Shown here piece after piece: positions 1 through 12,418 of a stretch of DNA of 64,000 bases (within the stretch, counting starts at the first letter, position 1; the number at the start of each line of letters is the position of its first letter). Where the stretch lies: NCBI RefSeq assembly GCF_018977255.1, contig NW_024704750.1:6076001-6140000 (forward strand). Direction: 5' to 3'. The notes beneath the pieces are model-generated. The model was not told where the DNA came from and searched no databases. It saw only the letters and a program-made list of their open reading frames with translations. The translations under genes and the position numbers were made by a program. Source of the stretch: Callorhinchus milii (lineage: Eukaryota).

Positions 1-1300
1 TTTTAAAGAAATATCCAAATATCCAGAATATATTTTAATTAGCAAAGTGTTCAATTGAATAGAACTGGACCCTATTTAGTTCATTTAAAATACTTTACTA
101 TTAAAAGAACAAAACATGACAGATATTTAATTGTATGCATTACAACTGTGTATAGGCATATAGATTCTGTGGAGACCAGTAAGACTGCAGGAAATTAGGA
201 GCTGATAAGGTTACATGAATATATATTTTTTAATTTGGAAATTGAGGGCCTTACTTTAGTTAATTTAATCCATTGTTGCCTCATTATCTTGCACTTGTGT
301 ACATATATTGCATGTCTCTTGTGTAATCATGTCATGGTCTGTTTAGGCAGTACCTGGTGTACTAGTTTTGTATGGTTTTATTTGTTTAGTTTTGTACTTG
401 TATATTAACAGAACTTGTATTTGCACATATTGAAAACCAGGAAAGAAAGTAACTAGGAATTGCAAGTAGACATTGAGATCTTGAGTTAGTGAAATAGAAG
501 TGCAGGTGGAGATAGAATAGTAGCATAAGTTAATAGCAATGTAGATTCTCAACTACTGTACATTACAAGGTTTACATGTGGTGCTACAAGCACTTGAGTT
601 TTGAACATTATGAAAAGATACACTGCAACTATTAAAGATGCCACAAATAGAATCCTCACTTAATTACTAGATTAGAAAACGTGTGCAAGGAAAATTAACA
701 AAGTTTAATATTTCTGAAGTGAAATAAATCCAGTTATAGATGCACAAAATTACATTAAAAGTGCAGACACAAATATAATTATCAGATTTTCTAAGGTACA
801 GCCTCTAATCTAGAAATTCGGTTTGAATCTGGGATTGTGTTGCAATCTTGAGGTCAGGCAATGACATTTAAAAGGCTTGAAGGCAGTTTCTTTTAATTAT
901 TAGATGAGACTGGGACAGAGATTTAAAGCAAGTAATGGATTTCAGCATCTGAACAGGGAAGCAATTTAATTTAGCTGTATTTGAATTCAGTTAACAAGCA
1001 TTTAGTTGTGTAATTGCACTTTTATAAGGACACCTGTATAACTGTATTGCAGGGAATGTAGTAATACTATTCACCTGAAGCAGTGCAGGTGTTCACAGTG
1101 CTTACCAGTAAGCATGTGATCTAGTTCTGGTAAGGATATACTGTATTATCTTGATTTTTCTCAGAACTGAAGGCCTGTACATTATTAAGTGGTGTGTTGG
1201 TTATATTTGACTTGTTACAATATTTATGTTCAAAATCTATAAAACTTACATCTTTTGTGAAACTAGTAGTGAGAAATAAAAACAATTTTAAAAAGTCTTT
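1..1300 (+). other. Putative 3' UTR end of an upstream plus-strand gene (KLC1 expected by synteny)
   Basis: AT-rich, no coding exon seen. AATAAA near 1275-1280 is followed by a T/GT-rich tract (tctttttattgattgttgtat). KLC1 lies next to XRCC3 in vertebrates, so the identity is a synteny inference only. Confidence 0.3.
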
Positions 1301-2130
1301 TTATTGATTGTTGTATATTTACTGAAAAAGATTGCTCTTGTGCACCTCAAAATCAAGGCATTGGGACTCACAGGAGGTTCACTCTCCAAGAACCCTTTTT
1401 AGGCCAAGTTGAATTATTTCAAAATCTACCAGTCCCTTTATTTTCAACATTGTAACTCATTGCTAGATGATTGTTCATTTCCATTTAGTATTTTACTCCT
1501 GTAAACAATTTGGATAGTTACCAATGTCTTGTTATACTGCAAGGCAATTTGCAGCAATGCAAGGGTCAGCATGCCAAATCAGTATCACTTTGGAACTAAC
1601 CAAGGAGGTTCCTTCACACCAATTTTATCATAACTTGTGGAACTGGTGGAAAATCACTGTGCAATCCTCATTTTAGTTTAAAAAGCACACGCGGCAGGGT
1701 ACTGCTGTTGAAAGGTTCTGATGGAGAGCCAACCATACATTCAGCACTTTACTGACATAACAAATTCACTGATGACGACTCTCAAATCACCAAAATTCCA
1801 TCAATCTCTTTATATGAAGGGATCTGCTTACCACGATCCACCAAACAGTTCCCAATCTTGGCCTTTTCAGAGAAAAGGTGACTAAACATTTGTGCTCACT
1901 CACATCCACACAACCTAATCAATGATGATTTTTTTTCAAATTAGGTATAAAAGCTAAATGGTTTATCCTCTACTATTTATAAAGTAAAAATAAAGTATGC
2001 TGTTGACCTCAGCTTGCATGTTTTTGTTAGTCTTGCCAGCCTGCTCACTAGCAACATCAAGGGTTTCAAACCTACAAGTAGGGCTGAGGAATGAATCTGT
2101 AATAATGGAGAAAGCAGAGGTAAGCAATGT

Positions 2131-2739
2131 AATAATAATAATAATCCTTGCATTTGATTTAGTGCTTTTCACATCTTTTAGACATCTCAAAGCGCTTAAT
2201 AATAATAATAATAATCCTTGCATTTGATAAAGCGCTTTTCACGTCGGGAGGATGTCCAAAGCGCTTCACAGAACACACTGTAAAGTGAATTGACTGTATA
2301 TTTGTAGGCGAACGCGGCAGCCAATTGCGCACAGCAATGTCCCACAAACAGTCGCAGATTGAAAATGACCAATTTAATTATTGTTTTGGGTTTTTGGAGG
2401 GATTATTAGGCGTGTGGAGTAAGGAAACTTGCCCAAGGTTTCGCCCTGACCTGCCTGGAATTGAACTCCGGTCTCTCGCTTGCAAAGCGAGTGCTCTAAC
2501 CACTGAGCTACAGAATTCCACTTCATAGAATAGACTGATAATGAATTGACTATATTTGTAGGCAAAACGCGGCAGCCAATTACGTACAGTCGTGGATTGA
2601 AGTGACCAATTTATTTTTTTCTTGAGGGATTATTATCAGGCGAGTGAAGTAAGGAAACTTGCCCAAGGTTTCATCCTGCCGGGAATCGAACCCAGGTCTC
2701 TCGCTTGCGAGTGCTCTAACCACTGAGCTACGGGACTCC
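2131..2739 (-). mobile_element. Older tRNA-derived SINE (tail 2131-2196, body and head ~2520-2739) split by a younger SINE
   Basis: Head ggagtcccgtagctcagtggttagagcactcgcaagcgagagacctgggttcgattcccggcagg has A and B boxes; (TTA)n tail; same family as 22079-22403. Confidence 0.8.
2197..2519 (-). mobile_element. Full-length tRNA-derived SINE with Deu-like 3' body and L2-type tail
   Basis: Closely matches the reverse complement of 22079-22403, including the gggacattgctgtgcgcaattggctgccgcgtt block and the (TTA)n tail. Confidence 0.88.
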
Positions 2740-4429
2740 AATATTGCAGCTGGTTAGCAGTCAATAAAACTCCCAAATCACTGATTTTTTAAAATACGTT
2801 TTAACAAACTTGAATGGCTGACAGACTTCATAATATGCTCAGCTGGTGGAGCACAATTGAGTAAGGATCAGAAGGCTTTGGATTTAAATCCTGGTTGGAT
2901 CATTTAGGTTTAATATGCTACAGGACACAATATACCGTAACCAAACCTGCTTTGATGGGGTTAGTGTGCTGCCTGCTGGTCAATATTATGAACAGGCACT
3001 CCTAAGGAAAAATGTGGAATACTTTTGGGCAGATTTTTTTAAAAAATTGCCTCTTGTAAAAGCTTCACAAATCACATTTTGTATAAGAGAACCTGAAATA
3101 TGATTATGTTAACACTGCTATAGAAATTATCAAACTTAGAGTAGCCTGACAAGCCTAGCAAACAGTCAAATGGTCAACAGAATAGCTTACAAATTGTAGA
3201 TAAAATATTTAGCCTTTATACTTCATTTTCAAAAAATCAATCGTTGACCCCAGCCTTAGCTCCCTCTATGTTCTAGTTTCTCCAGTACTGTACTTGAAAT
3301 ACACATATATAGACATCAGTGCAACTAATTTACTGTGACAGAATATAAATATTTCACTGAGGCTGTTTCTTCACAGTTCATGAAATCAATATTATAACAG
3401 CATAAAATATTTACATTGCCTCAATCTATTATTCGTTGGTCCTCATTTGGAGGATCAGGTTTAAGAGAAATTGAAACACACAAAGACAATGTCCAAGTGA
3501 CCAGCAAATACTTTGATTCATCATATAGAGAAAATGCAATATGAAACAATAAATATTCAGGATTAAGCAAAAAAGGAAACATTGTACAAATGTACATTTT
3601 ATTGATTCTTTGGACAACATTCCTATATAGACACTATTATGGACTTTCTTCTTTTTCACCTGATAGATTGTGGCTATAGATCTAAAGCAGTGTTGAAAAT
3701 CTAAAATGGTGCACAATATTCATTTAAAAAATTGTTTACAAAAATACTTGCTAAATACGTTTAGCTATCCTTCCTACTCAAAATTCCAACCATACGTGCA
3801 AAAAGATTGTTTCTCCATCCAAACACAAGATGGAAGCACTTTCCTTATGAATGAACTTTAATTTCCTAAAACTCTACAGCACTGAATGTATAATTTTTGA
3901 ATATATTGAAAAAAAACACAATTTTGCAGAAAGTTTTATTTGACCCTGAAGCTCACCTGTTGATTTTCAGAATTCAACTTCCATGGCTACTTGTCTATTT
4001 AGCTTCGAGCCCCAAATAAATCTTATCAATCTCATCCCGCTCAGGGGTAAACAGATTGGCATTCACAGTGAGCATGGAGCAACTGGAAGTCTGTGGTTGG
4101 GACTGATCCAATCGCCTGGCTGGATCTTAATTTAATTAAGAACTTAATTGCCTTTAAATAATCTTAATTTTAATTGTCTTCCCTAAACAACGCAAAAACA
4201 AGTGTAATTAAACATCAGGGTTGATTATAAATATACAGAATATACAAAATGAGTGTGTTATAGGGAAGAACAGTGAAAATTTGTAATGTTTTGGCAAAAG
4301 TTTACAGGAGATTTATGTTTTGGCAAAAGTTTACAGGAGATTTGTTTGAAATCTGCGCACTATTCCCACCCCAACCCCCAAAAAGCTTCCAAAATCCCAA
4401 GATGCAGTCGCTCGCTGGAGTAGTTCCAC

Positions 4430-4720
4430 AGGCACTAGTATGTACCTCCCCAAGAGGCTACCATTAATCATGTGTAAACATCGATAGTGTTTACAGAATA
4501 AACACGGGGGGTGGAAAAGAGAGAAAAATCATACAAGATAGATATTATCCTCATCCAAAGTTGTTGTTGCACAGTTTCCAGTAAGTGTTACTAGACAGTG
4601 ATTATGAGTGGAGACCACGGTTGTTGGGAGTGAAAATTCTGGCTTAGTTTAACCCTGCGAAGGGGAAATAAGGCCAAACTGCTGCCTAGGCTGCGATCAG
4701 GAATCAAACATGCAGTCTTT
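4430..4720 (-). mobile_element. Degraded ancient SINE fragments (AmnSINE2-like)
   Basis: Reverse complement resembles the cacatgaagaatggccacttggg...gaggtac block also seen at 20000-20230. Family name is from memory of the consensus. Confidence 0.35.
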
Positions 4721-5182
4721 TTGTCAATATAGCTTTTTTTGTTGTCAATATTGGCATTTTTTAATCTAGTATGTCATCAAGAGAACTGCTATTTTATTTG
4801 TGATTGATGTTTTGACTTGAGAGAATAAGAATTGGAGTAATATATGGACCAAAACAATTGTTTTCAACTGTCTGGTATTTTTCTTAGTTATGAACATACT
4901 TACATAACATACATTGGTAAATGTTTATGACCATTTTTGTGGCAAACCATAATGGGGCAGGTGAGACCAGCCAGCGTTTAGAGAAACAGGAAGAATCACA
5001 GAAGTAAAATCTTTCAAATATAACAAAAGTATAAATGATCACCATTTTAGGTATAAAGCAAAATAAAATTCAGAGAAAATTAATTATTGGCCTGCTGAAA
5101 ATGTGGAGAAAAAAGCAATAAAAAATGTACCATCCTCCTCATATCACACACATACACACAATCCACACAGGCTTTTCAGTGG

Positions 5183-5432
5183 TTATAACACATCTTCCTT
5201 CAATCCTCTTACACCTTCTTTACTGACTACATAGTAGCAGAATAATTGAGGCAGATGAGGTGCAAATAATATTTCCATTGTTCGTAAAATTGCCCCAGAA
5301 CACGAGGCAGGAACTGAGATGCCAGGGAACTTATCCTCCACGTGCAAGTGAGTTCGACTAACCATCAGCCTCATCAAGAGTTGATTGGACCAGGTCAAAC
5401 CCAGAGATGGCATCACCTTTCTATTTAATAAG
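5183..5432 (-). CDS. XRCC3: XRCC3 coding exon 7 (last): LLNRKVMPSLGLTWSNQLLMRLMVSR...LFAPHLP...GVRGLKEDVL*
   Basis: Matches the XRCC3 C-terminus (PSLGxTW.NQLLxRL, APHLP, GVRG). AG acceptor at 5433-5434, phase 2; TAA stop at 5183-5185. Confidence 0.95.
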
Positions 5433-5911
5433 CTGTAAATCAATAACAGGGCTTTCAGATACCAATACTACAATATGAATAGAAGAGATTCATATTGTAG
5501 AATACAGTTCTTCCTTAAAGTAATCCATACAACATTCTGCACAGCCATCCCCTCGCCACAACAATGCATATCTTCCTACTCTATCTCATAGGATGTTAGG
5601 AGCACAAAAGGTCCCAACACTATTTATTAGAAAAATTATCAACTCAAAACCACTTCTGTTCTACACATTATTGATAAACAACATTTAAAGCATAAATTCT
5701 TGTATGTAAATATTAATTCAGATCGCTTTACAAATGATTAGTTTTAAGCGCTATTCTAATGGTTATTACACAATTAACAATATAATTGGGGTAAATACAT
5801 CAGCTAAAAGGCCTGAAATGGGTACTTGCTCAGACGAGAGAAAAAAATAATTCACTTCTCCTAGACAGAATGCAAAGACAGAAGGCATTTATCAAAACAA
5901 ATTACACTTAC

Positions 5912-5958
5912 CCCAAATTGCTCTGAGGCAAAGCAGAGTCACTTAATGCATCTGTTAC
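5912..5958 (-). CDS. XRCC3: XRCC3 coding exon 6 (47 nt): VTDALSDSALPQSNLG
   Basis: ttgcag|GTAACA...TTTGG|gtaagt. Size and phase match the vertebrate 47-nt exon. Confidence 0.9.
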
Positions 5959-6427
5959 CTGCAACAGATGAACACCCAGTATTTATCTTACAGTGTAGAA
6001 CATTGCTCTGAAATTAACCTTCACTAATTTACATACAGTTTACATAGGTATTACAAACAGCAACCACAGTATTACACATTTATCTCTATCCATGAAAGGA
6101 AGTCCACATGGATTTGATTTACTATAGACTAAATTTCAACCCAAGTAATATGGACCTAGATTTAGCTATAGCTAAGCTTTTGTAATTGCAAATTTTTCAC
6201 AGGATTCACATTCACACTACATCGTTCACTTGCATAGATGCAGATTTCTAACCATCAGTCAAAACATTCAGCCGCAAAACATAAAATTGTATCAAATCAG
6301 CCCCAGAACTTCACTGTAGTTCTAAACTACATCACAAAATTATATTAGGGCAATATCAGATACACAGCAGCATCCAGTAAATGCACCTCTAAGTGCTCAA
6401 TAATATAATTCATAGAAATGTTCATAC

Positions 6428-6639
6428 CTGATTGACACAGAGAATGGGAGTCCTGAATCTGGTGCTAAGATGGTGCAGTGTGGCTCCAAACTTTTGGAGA
6501 CATTTGCCTTGACGATCGAATCACTTACTGCAAATTCACATCGGAATAAAGCTGCAATTGAATCGATCACCACCAGGTGCACCAAACCTCGTGAAAGTAA
6601 TATCGGTAACTTTTTACTAATACAGTTATTCAAGGCGTC
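6428..6639 (-). CDS. XRCC3: XRCC3 coding exon 5 with Walker B (LVVIDSIAALFR); 212 nt, apparent 1-nt deletion
   Basis: ctag|GACGCC...AATCAG|gtatga. The 5' part reads LVVIDSIAALFRCEF; the 3' part (CLQKFGATLHHLSTRFRTPILCVNQ) is in a different frame. Confidence 0.93.
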
Positions 6640-6969
6640 CTAGTGAACCAAAGAGACAAAACAATTCAAATATACAATACTCCACTTACTCAAAAAGTAC
6701 TGGTCCACACTTACTATTTTCATGTATATTTAGCACAAAGTAGTTCAAATTGTGGACCGACATTATTACTATAATACATACACTATAAATAATTATATAG
6801 ATACTATAATAGATATGTAATATATAAATGCAAGGGTTATTATTATATGCTAAATTATTTCTGTTATGATGAAAAGTTTACCATTTTGCTGTGCTACTGT
6901 ATTCTTTGCACAAATTTCTCTTTAATATGAACTGATAATAGTACAGTTGAAGGGGACTTGCTGACTCAC

Positions 6970-7124
6970 CACATCTGTAGCATGTTCAATAAAGATGTTA
7001 TCACTAAACCTAATTTTCTTGATGATGTCAGCAGGGACATCAGATCTCAATGTGTGCTGATGGTCAATCAGCTGCTGCAAACGCTTGTTGGGGAAAATAT
7101 CTTCTGTACAAATATACAGAGCTC
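6970..7124 (-). CDS. XRCC3: XRCC3 coding exon 4 (155 nt): [19 protein letters not shown]...IFIEHATDV
   Basis: RAD51-paralog YIxTE motif; ctag acceptor and gtgagt donor. Confidence 0.96.
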
Positions 7125-7916
7125 CTAGAAAGATAAGAGTTGACAAGAAACAATTATGTGAACATACTATTTTAACAAAATATTCTTTGCACCCACACTC
7201 TCTATGCCTTCAACTGGATGGTCTGATAACATTGCTCTATTCCCGAGCCCTTAGCCCCATTGTCCTCCCAAGTGGAGCAGCTCACCAGTGAATTGTCTGC
7301 CACGGAATGACCTAAACGACAAATGCATTCCAGATACAACAGGTAGCATGTGAATCTGCAACCATATAAGTGAATAGATAATTACACTCCTATCATTCAC
7401 AGGCTTTGAAAACACAAGCTTGGTATCACTTCAATCACTTCTTGACTTATCTGGTTTCCACTGCCACTTTCCCCAGGATAATTCTGAAATACTTTAAATC
7501 CTACACTCTGGATAGTTTTAAACAACAGGATTTCCCCCTGTACATTGTTCCACTAAATCAGGGCAAGATTCATTTTTTTTGTATTAATTTGAACCACTAT
7601 TTACTCTGTTAAATCATAATCTAGTCCAGACATAAATACTGGATTTCTTAAATTGAATTTAAGCTGTTTTTCAAGTGTGTAATCAGTACAGTAAACCCTG
7701 AGCACGTTGTTCACATAAAATGCCTCTCCTTATCTTTTCCACATTAAATATTCATTTTATTATTTAAGATGTATGTCATGTCTCTTTAATCTTTCTTCCA
7801 GTGAGTATAGATTAAGTTCCCCTGTAATCTGACCAAGGTTCAATAATGGAACATTTCTGTAGGACTGTGACCTGAAAAAGTAAAGAGGAAGCCATATGTC
7901 TGGTTCAGTATTTTAC

Positions 7917-8129
7917 CTGCCTCTTGTCCACCATAGCTGCAAGGGTACTGCACACACAGGCAGAGTTGCATGCAGATCTGGGTCTTTCCTGCTGAACTCT
8001 CACCAGCAATCTCTGTTATTCCCATATGTGGAATTCCACCTCCAAGTAGCAGGTCTAAGACTGGGCAACCCAGGCTAAGTCTTTGGTTCTGGGTTGGAAA
8101 AGGGCATTCCCCTTTATATATCTGGAGTA
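7917..8129 (-). CDS. XRCC3: XRCC3 coding exon 3 (213 nt) with Walker A GESSAGKT
   Basis: [42 protein letters not shown]; cccag acceptor and gtaaaa donor. Confidence 0.97.
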
Positions 8130-8500
8130 CTGGGAAAAAGACAACATACAGTAAGAAGCTTGTGCCATTATCACAGTAGAAGTGTAAAATGGNAAAAAAA
8201 TAATGCAGTATTTATAAGACATATAAATATTTGTTGGAATATTTCAGAGACTATCCTTTGAACTCACTCCTTGGGACGTCTTCCCAATGTGAAAGGAGCT
8301 ATATAAATGCAAATGTCTATGTAAATTTGTGTATTCTTTGCAGCCATTGAAAATATCTCATTCCCACCGCATTTCATGAAGTTTATAAATCCTGGATACT
8401 TTAGACTTTTACAACGCTTTAAAATAAATTAAGCTTAAAAATAAATCATAAAGCTCTTCAATCCTCAATGTCTCAGTTTGCACTCTTATTTCCCACTCAC

Positions 8501-8638
8501 CTGTTACCACTGGATTTGTCTTTACTGCTGCTGCAACAGTTTTATGCAAATGCTGCACGTCAGTGAGCGATAATTTTGTGAGTCTCTGTAGATCTGGTCC
8601 TGAAAGACTCAAAATTTCCTTGATTGATTGGATATTTG
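8501..8638 (-). CDS. XRCC3: XRCC3 coding exon 2 (138 nt): ANIQSIKEILSLSGPDLQRLTKLS...
   Basis: Matches the XRCC3 N-terminal SGPDL.RLT.LS motif; cctag acceptor and gtgagt donor. Confidence 0.95.
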
Positions 8639-8859
8639 CTAGGATAAAAGGAAACTCTTTTGAAAATATTCCCGACACTGGACACATGACAGAGAGAGAA
8701 GGAAACTATCCCTTGATGGCGAGCTGCTGGTGACCCCTGTGCTCGGCAATGGAATGTCGGAATTGAGTCAACCCTGTGTGACGGTCTCGATTCCGGACTC
8801 ACAGAGTTTTGTAATAAATGTGCATTGTGAAATTCAGTAAAATTGTCAAATAATGCTTC

Positions 8860-9180
8860 TGGTCTGCTCCACACCCCCCCGCCCCAACCGCCCTACCATC
8901 GGTGGTCGGGCCTTCGGCCTCTCAGCCCCGAGGCTCTGGAACTCCATCCCCCAGTGCCTTCGCCGCCTCCTCCCTTTCCTCCTTCAAGGCCGGTCTCAAG
9001 ACCTTTCTCTTTGACCGAGCCTTCAGCTCCCCTCTCGACTCTCTCCCCCCTCCTCGCTCCCTCCCCTCACCCTGACCATTTCCCCCCCAAAGCTCGGGTC
9101 CCGACGCAACTGTCCAGCGCCTCGGGACGTCCTCCCGACGCGAATGGGCGCTCTGCGAACGAACTCTTGTTGTTGTTGTT
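8860..9180 (+). mobile_element. L2-clade LINE 3' fragment in XRCC3 intron 1
   Basis: Degenerate ORF2 C-terminus (GGRAF..APRLWNS.P...FK..LKTFLF), 3' stem-loop gggacgtcctcccgacg and (TTG)n tail; paralogous to 59930-60375. Confidence 0.88.
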
Positions 9181-9382
9181 CTATGGACAGCGTAATTCCG
9201 GCGTCGAGGAGAGTCCGCTTCCCGATCGGGGTCCACAGTGCCCCGGGGCAGTGCCGATGACGGACCAGCCAACGCGGCTCACAGCCAGGACCCGGAAGGG
9301 CAGACGAGCCGCCGGGGGGCCGGGGGGACCCTCCCCACTCAGCTCCTGTTAACAATGCGAGTCCAAGGCCCCAACGGGGGAT

Positions 9383-9482
9383 GCGGCGGGAGGGGGTACC
9401 GGCTGGAATGGCGGCGGGAGGGGGTACCGGCTGGAATGGCGGCGGGAGGGGGTACCGGCTGGAATGGCGGCGGGAGGGGGTA
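9383..9482 (+). repeat. 28-bp G-rich tandem repeat, ~3.5 copies (gcggcgggagggggtaccggctggaatg)
   Basis: gtacc recurs at 9396, 9424 and 9452 (period 28). Confidence 0.95.
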
Positions 9483-9630
9483 TCAACTTGGGTTCAACCG
9501 GTTGGACTCCGGCAGTTAACCCCCAACACACACTCTGGGGGGGTTCCCAAGCCTCCGCTCTTTTCCAACCCCCAGCTGATATTTTCCAGATGTGTAGGGT
9601 CCAGGGGGGGGGGATGTTTTGGATACTGTT

Positions 9631-9657
9631 AATAATAATAATAATAATAATAATAAT
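9631..9657 (+). repeat. (AAT)n microsatellite
   Basis: Read directly from the sequence. Confidence 0.9.
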
Positions 9658-9746
9658 TGTTGTGATTGCTGTTGAACGGGGCGATGGGTTCCAGGTGGAG
9701 GTGGGTCCTTCCTCCCGTGACGTGACGTGACATCTCACTCACTCAC

Positions 9747-9801
9747 CTCTCCTGACTGCAGCCACCACTTTAGGATTGAGGACTAACTGATCCCAGTCCA
9801 T
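9747..9801 (-). CDS. XRCC3: XRCC3 coding exon 1 (55 nt): MDWDQLVLNPKVVAAVRR
   Basis: ATG in gccATGG Kozak context; homologous to human MDLDLLDLNPRIIAAIKK; gtgagt donor at 9741-9746. Not in the supplied ORF track. Confidence 0.93.
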
Positions 9802-10467
<666 letters not shown>

Positions 10468-10627
10468 TGAGCTGTAATGGGAGGGGTGGGGGGTGTTACA
10501 GCAAGGCCTCCCCCCCCCCCCCCCCCGCCCGCGAGGTAAAACTGTCATGTTCTCTCTACTCTCCAGATCTACTGTAGTTTGTAAGTTATTTTACCTTCCC
10601 GATGTGCAAGAAAAAAGGGAGAAACGC

Positions 10628-12418
10628 ACCCCCCTCACACTCCCGCCCCCCCCTCACACTCCCGCCCCCCCCTCGCACTCCCGCCCCCCTCACTCCCCCC
10701 CCTCCACACTCCCACCTACCCCCCCCTCCACACTCCCACCTACCCCCCTCACACTCCCACCTACCCCCCTCCACACTCCCACCTACCCCCCCACACTCCC
10801 ACCTACCCCCCTCCACACTCCCACCTACCCCCCTCCACACTCCCACCTACCCCCCCCACACTCCCACCTACCCCCCCCCCACACTCCCACCTACCCCCCC
10901 CCACACTCCCACCTACCCCCCCTCCACACTCCCACCTACCCCCCCTCCACACTCCCACCTACCCCCCCTCCACACTCCCACCTACCCCCCCCTCCACACT
11001 CCCACCTACCCCCCCTCCACACTCCCACCTACCCCCCCTCCACACTCCCACCTACCCCCCCCCCCACACTCCCACCTACCCCCCCCCCCACTCCACCTAC
11101 CCCCCCACACTCCCACCTACCCCCCCCCTCCACACTCCCACCTACCCCCCCCCCACACTCCCACCTACCCCCCCCCACACTCCCACCTACCCCCCCCCCC
11201 CCCCCCCCCCCCCCACCTCCCCCCCCCCACACTCCCACCTACCCCCCCCCTCCACACTCCCACCTACCCCCCCCTCCACACTCCCACCTACCCCCCCCCC
11301 CCCCCCCCCACACTCCCACCTACCCCCCTCCACACTCCCACCTACCCCCCCCCTCCACACTCCCACCTACCCCCCCCCCCACACTCCCACCTACCCCCCC
11401 CACACTCCCACCTACCCCCCCCCACACTCCCACCTACCCCCCCCCACACTCCCACCTACCCCCCTCCACACTCCCACCTACCCCCCCTCCACACTCCCAC
11501 CTACCCCCCCTCCACACTCCCACCTACCCCCCTCCACCCCCCCCCCTCCACACTCCCACCTACCCCCCCCCTCCACACTCCCACCTACCCCCCCCTCCAC
11601 ACTCCACCTACCCCCCCCCCCCCCCCCCCCCCCCACACTCCCACCTACCCCCCCTCCACACTCCCACCTACCCCCCCTCCACACTCCCACCTACCCCCCC
11701 CCACACTCCCACCTACCCCTCCACACTCCCACCTACCCCCACACTCCCACCTACCCCCCCCTCCACACTCCCACCTACCCCCCCCTCCACACTCCCACCT
11801 ACCCCCCCCTCCACACTCCCACCTACCCCCCCTCCACACTCCCACCTACCCCCCCCTCCACACTCCCACCTACCCCCCCCTCCACACTCCCACCTACCCC
11901 CCCCTCCACACTCCCACCTACCCCCCCCTCCACACTCCCACCTACCCCCCCCCACACCCCCCTACCCCCCCTCCACACTCCCACCTACCCCCCCTCCACA
12001 CTCCCACCTACCCCCCCTCCACACTCCCACCTACCCCCCCCTCCACACTCCCACCTACCCCCCCCTCCACACTCCCACCTCCCCCCCCCACACTCCCACC
12101 TACCCCCCCCCCCCCCCCCCCCCCCCCCCCACACTCCCACCTACCCCCCCCTCCACACTCCCACCTACCCCCCCTCCACACTCCCACCTACCCCCCCTCC
12201 ACACTCCCACCTACCCCCCCTCCACACTCCCACCTACCCCCCCTCCACACTCCCACCTACCCCCCCCTCCACACTCCCACCTACCCCCCCCTCCACACTC
12301 CCACCTACCCCCCCTCCACACTCCCACCTACCCCCCTCCACACTCCCACCTACCCCCCCCTCCACACTCCCACCTACCCCCCCCTCCACACTCCCACCTA
12401 CCCCACCCCCCCCCACAC
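10628..12418 (+). repeat. C-rich minisatellite, unit ~22-24 bp (ccacactcccacctacccccc(c)t), roughly 75 copies
   Basis: Read directly; no G on the plus strand from ~10684 to ~12419; C-run lengths vary. Confidence 0.97.

Noticed and set aside
3957-4125. Exon-like minus-strand segment with a strong CAG|gtgagc donor downstream of XRCC3
   Set aside because: The acceptor lacks a pyrimidine tract, there is no recognisable homology, and XRCC3 already ends at 5183. At most it is a UTR exon.
10628-12418. CRISPR-like or telomeric array
   Set aside because: There are no unique spacers, the context is vertebrate, and the unit is not TTAGGG.
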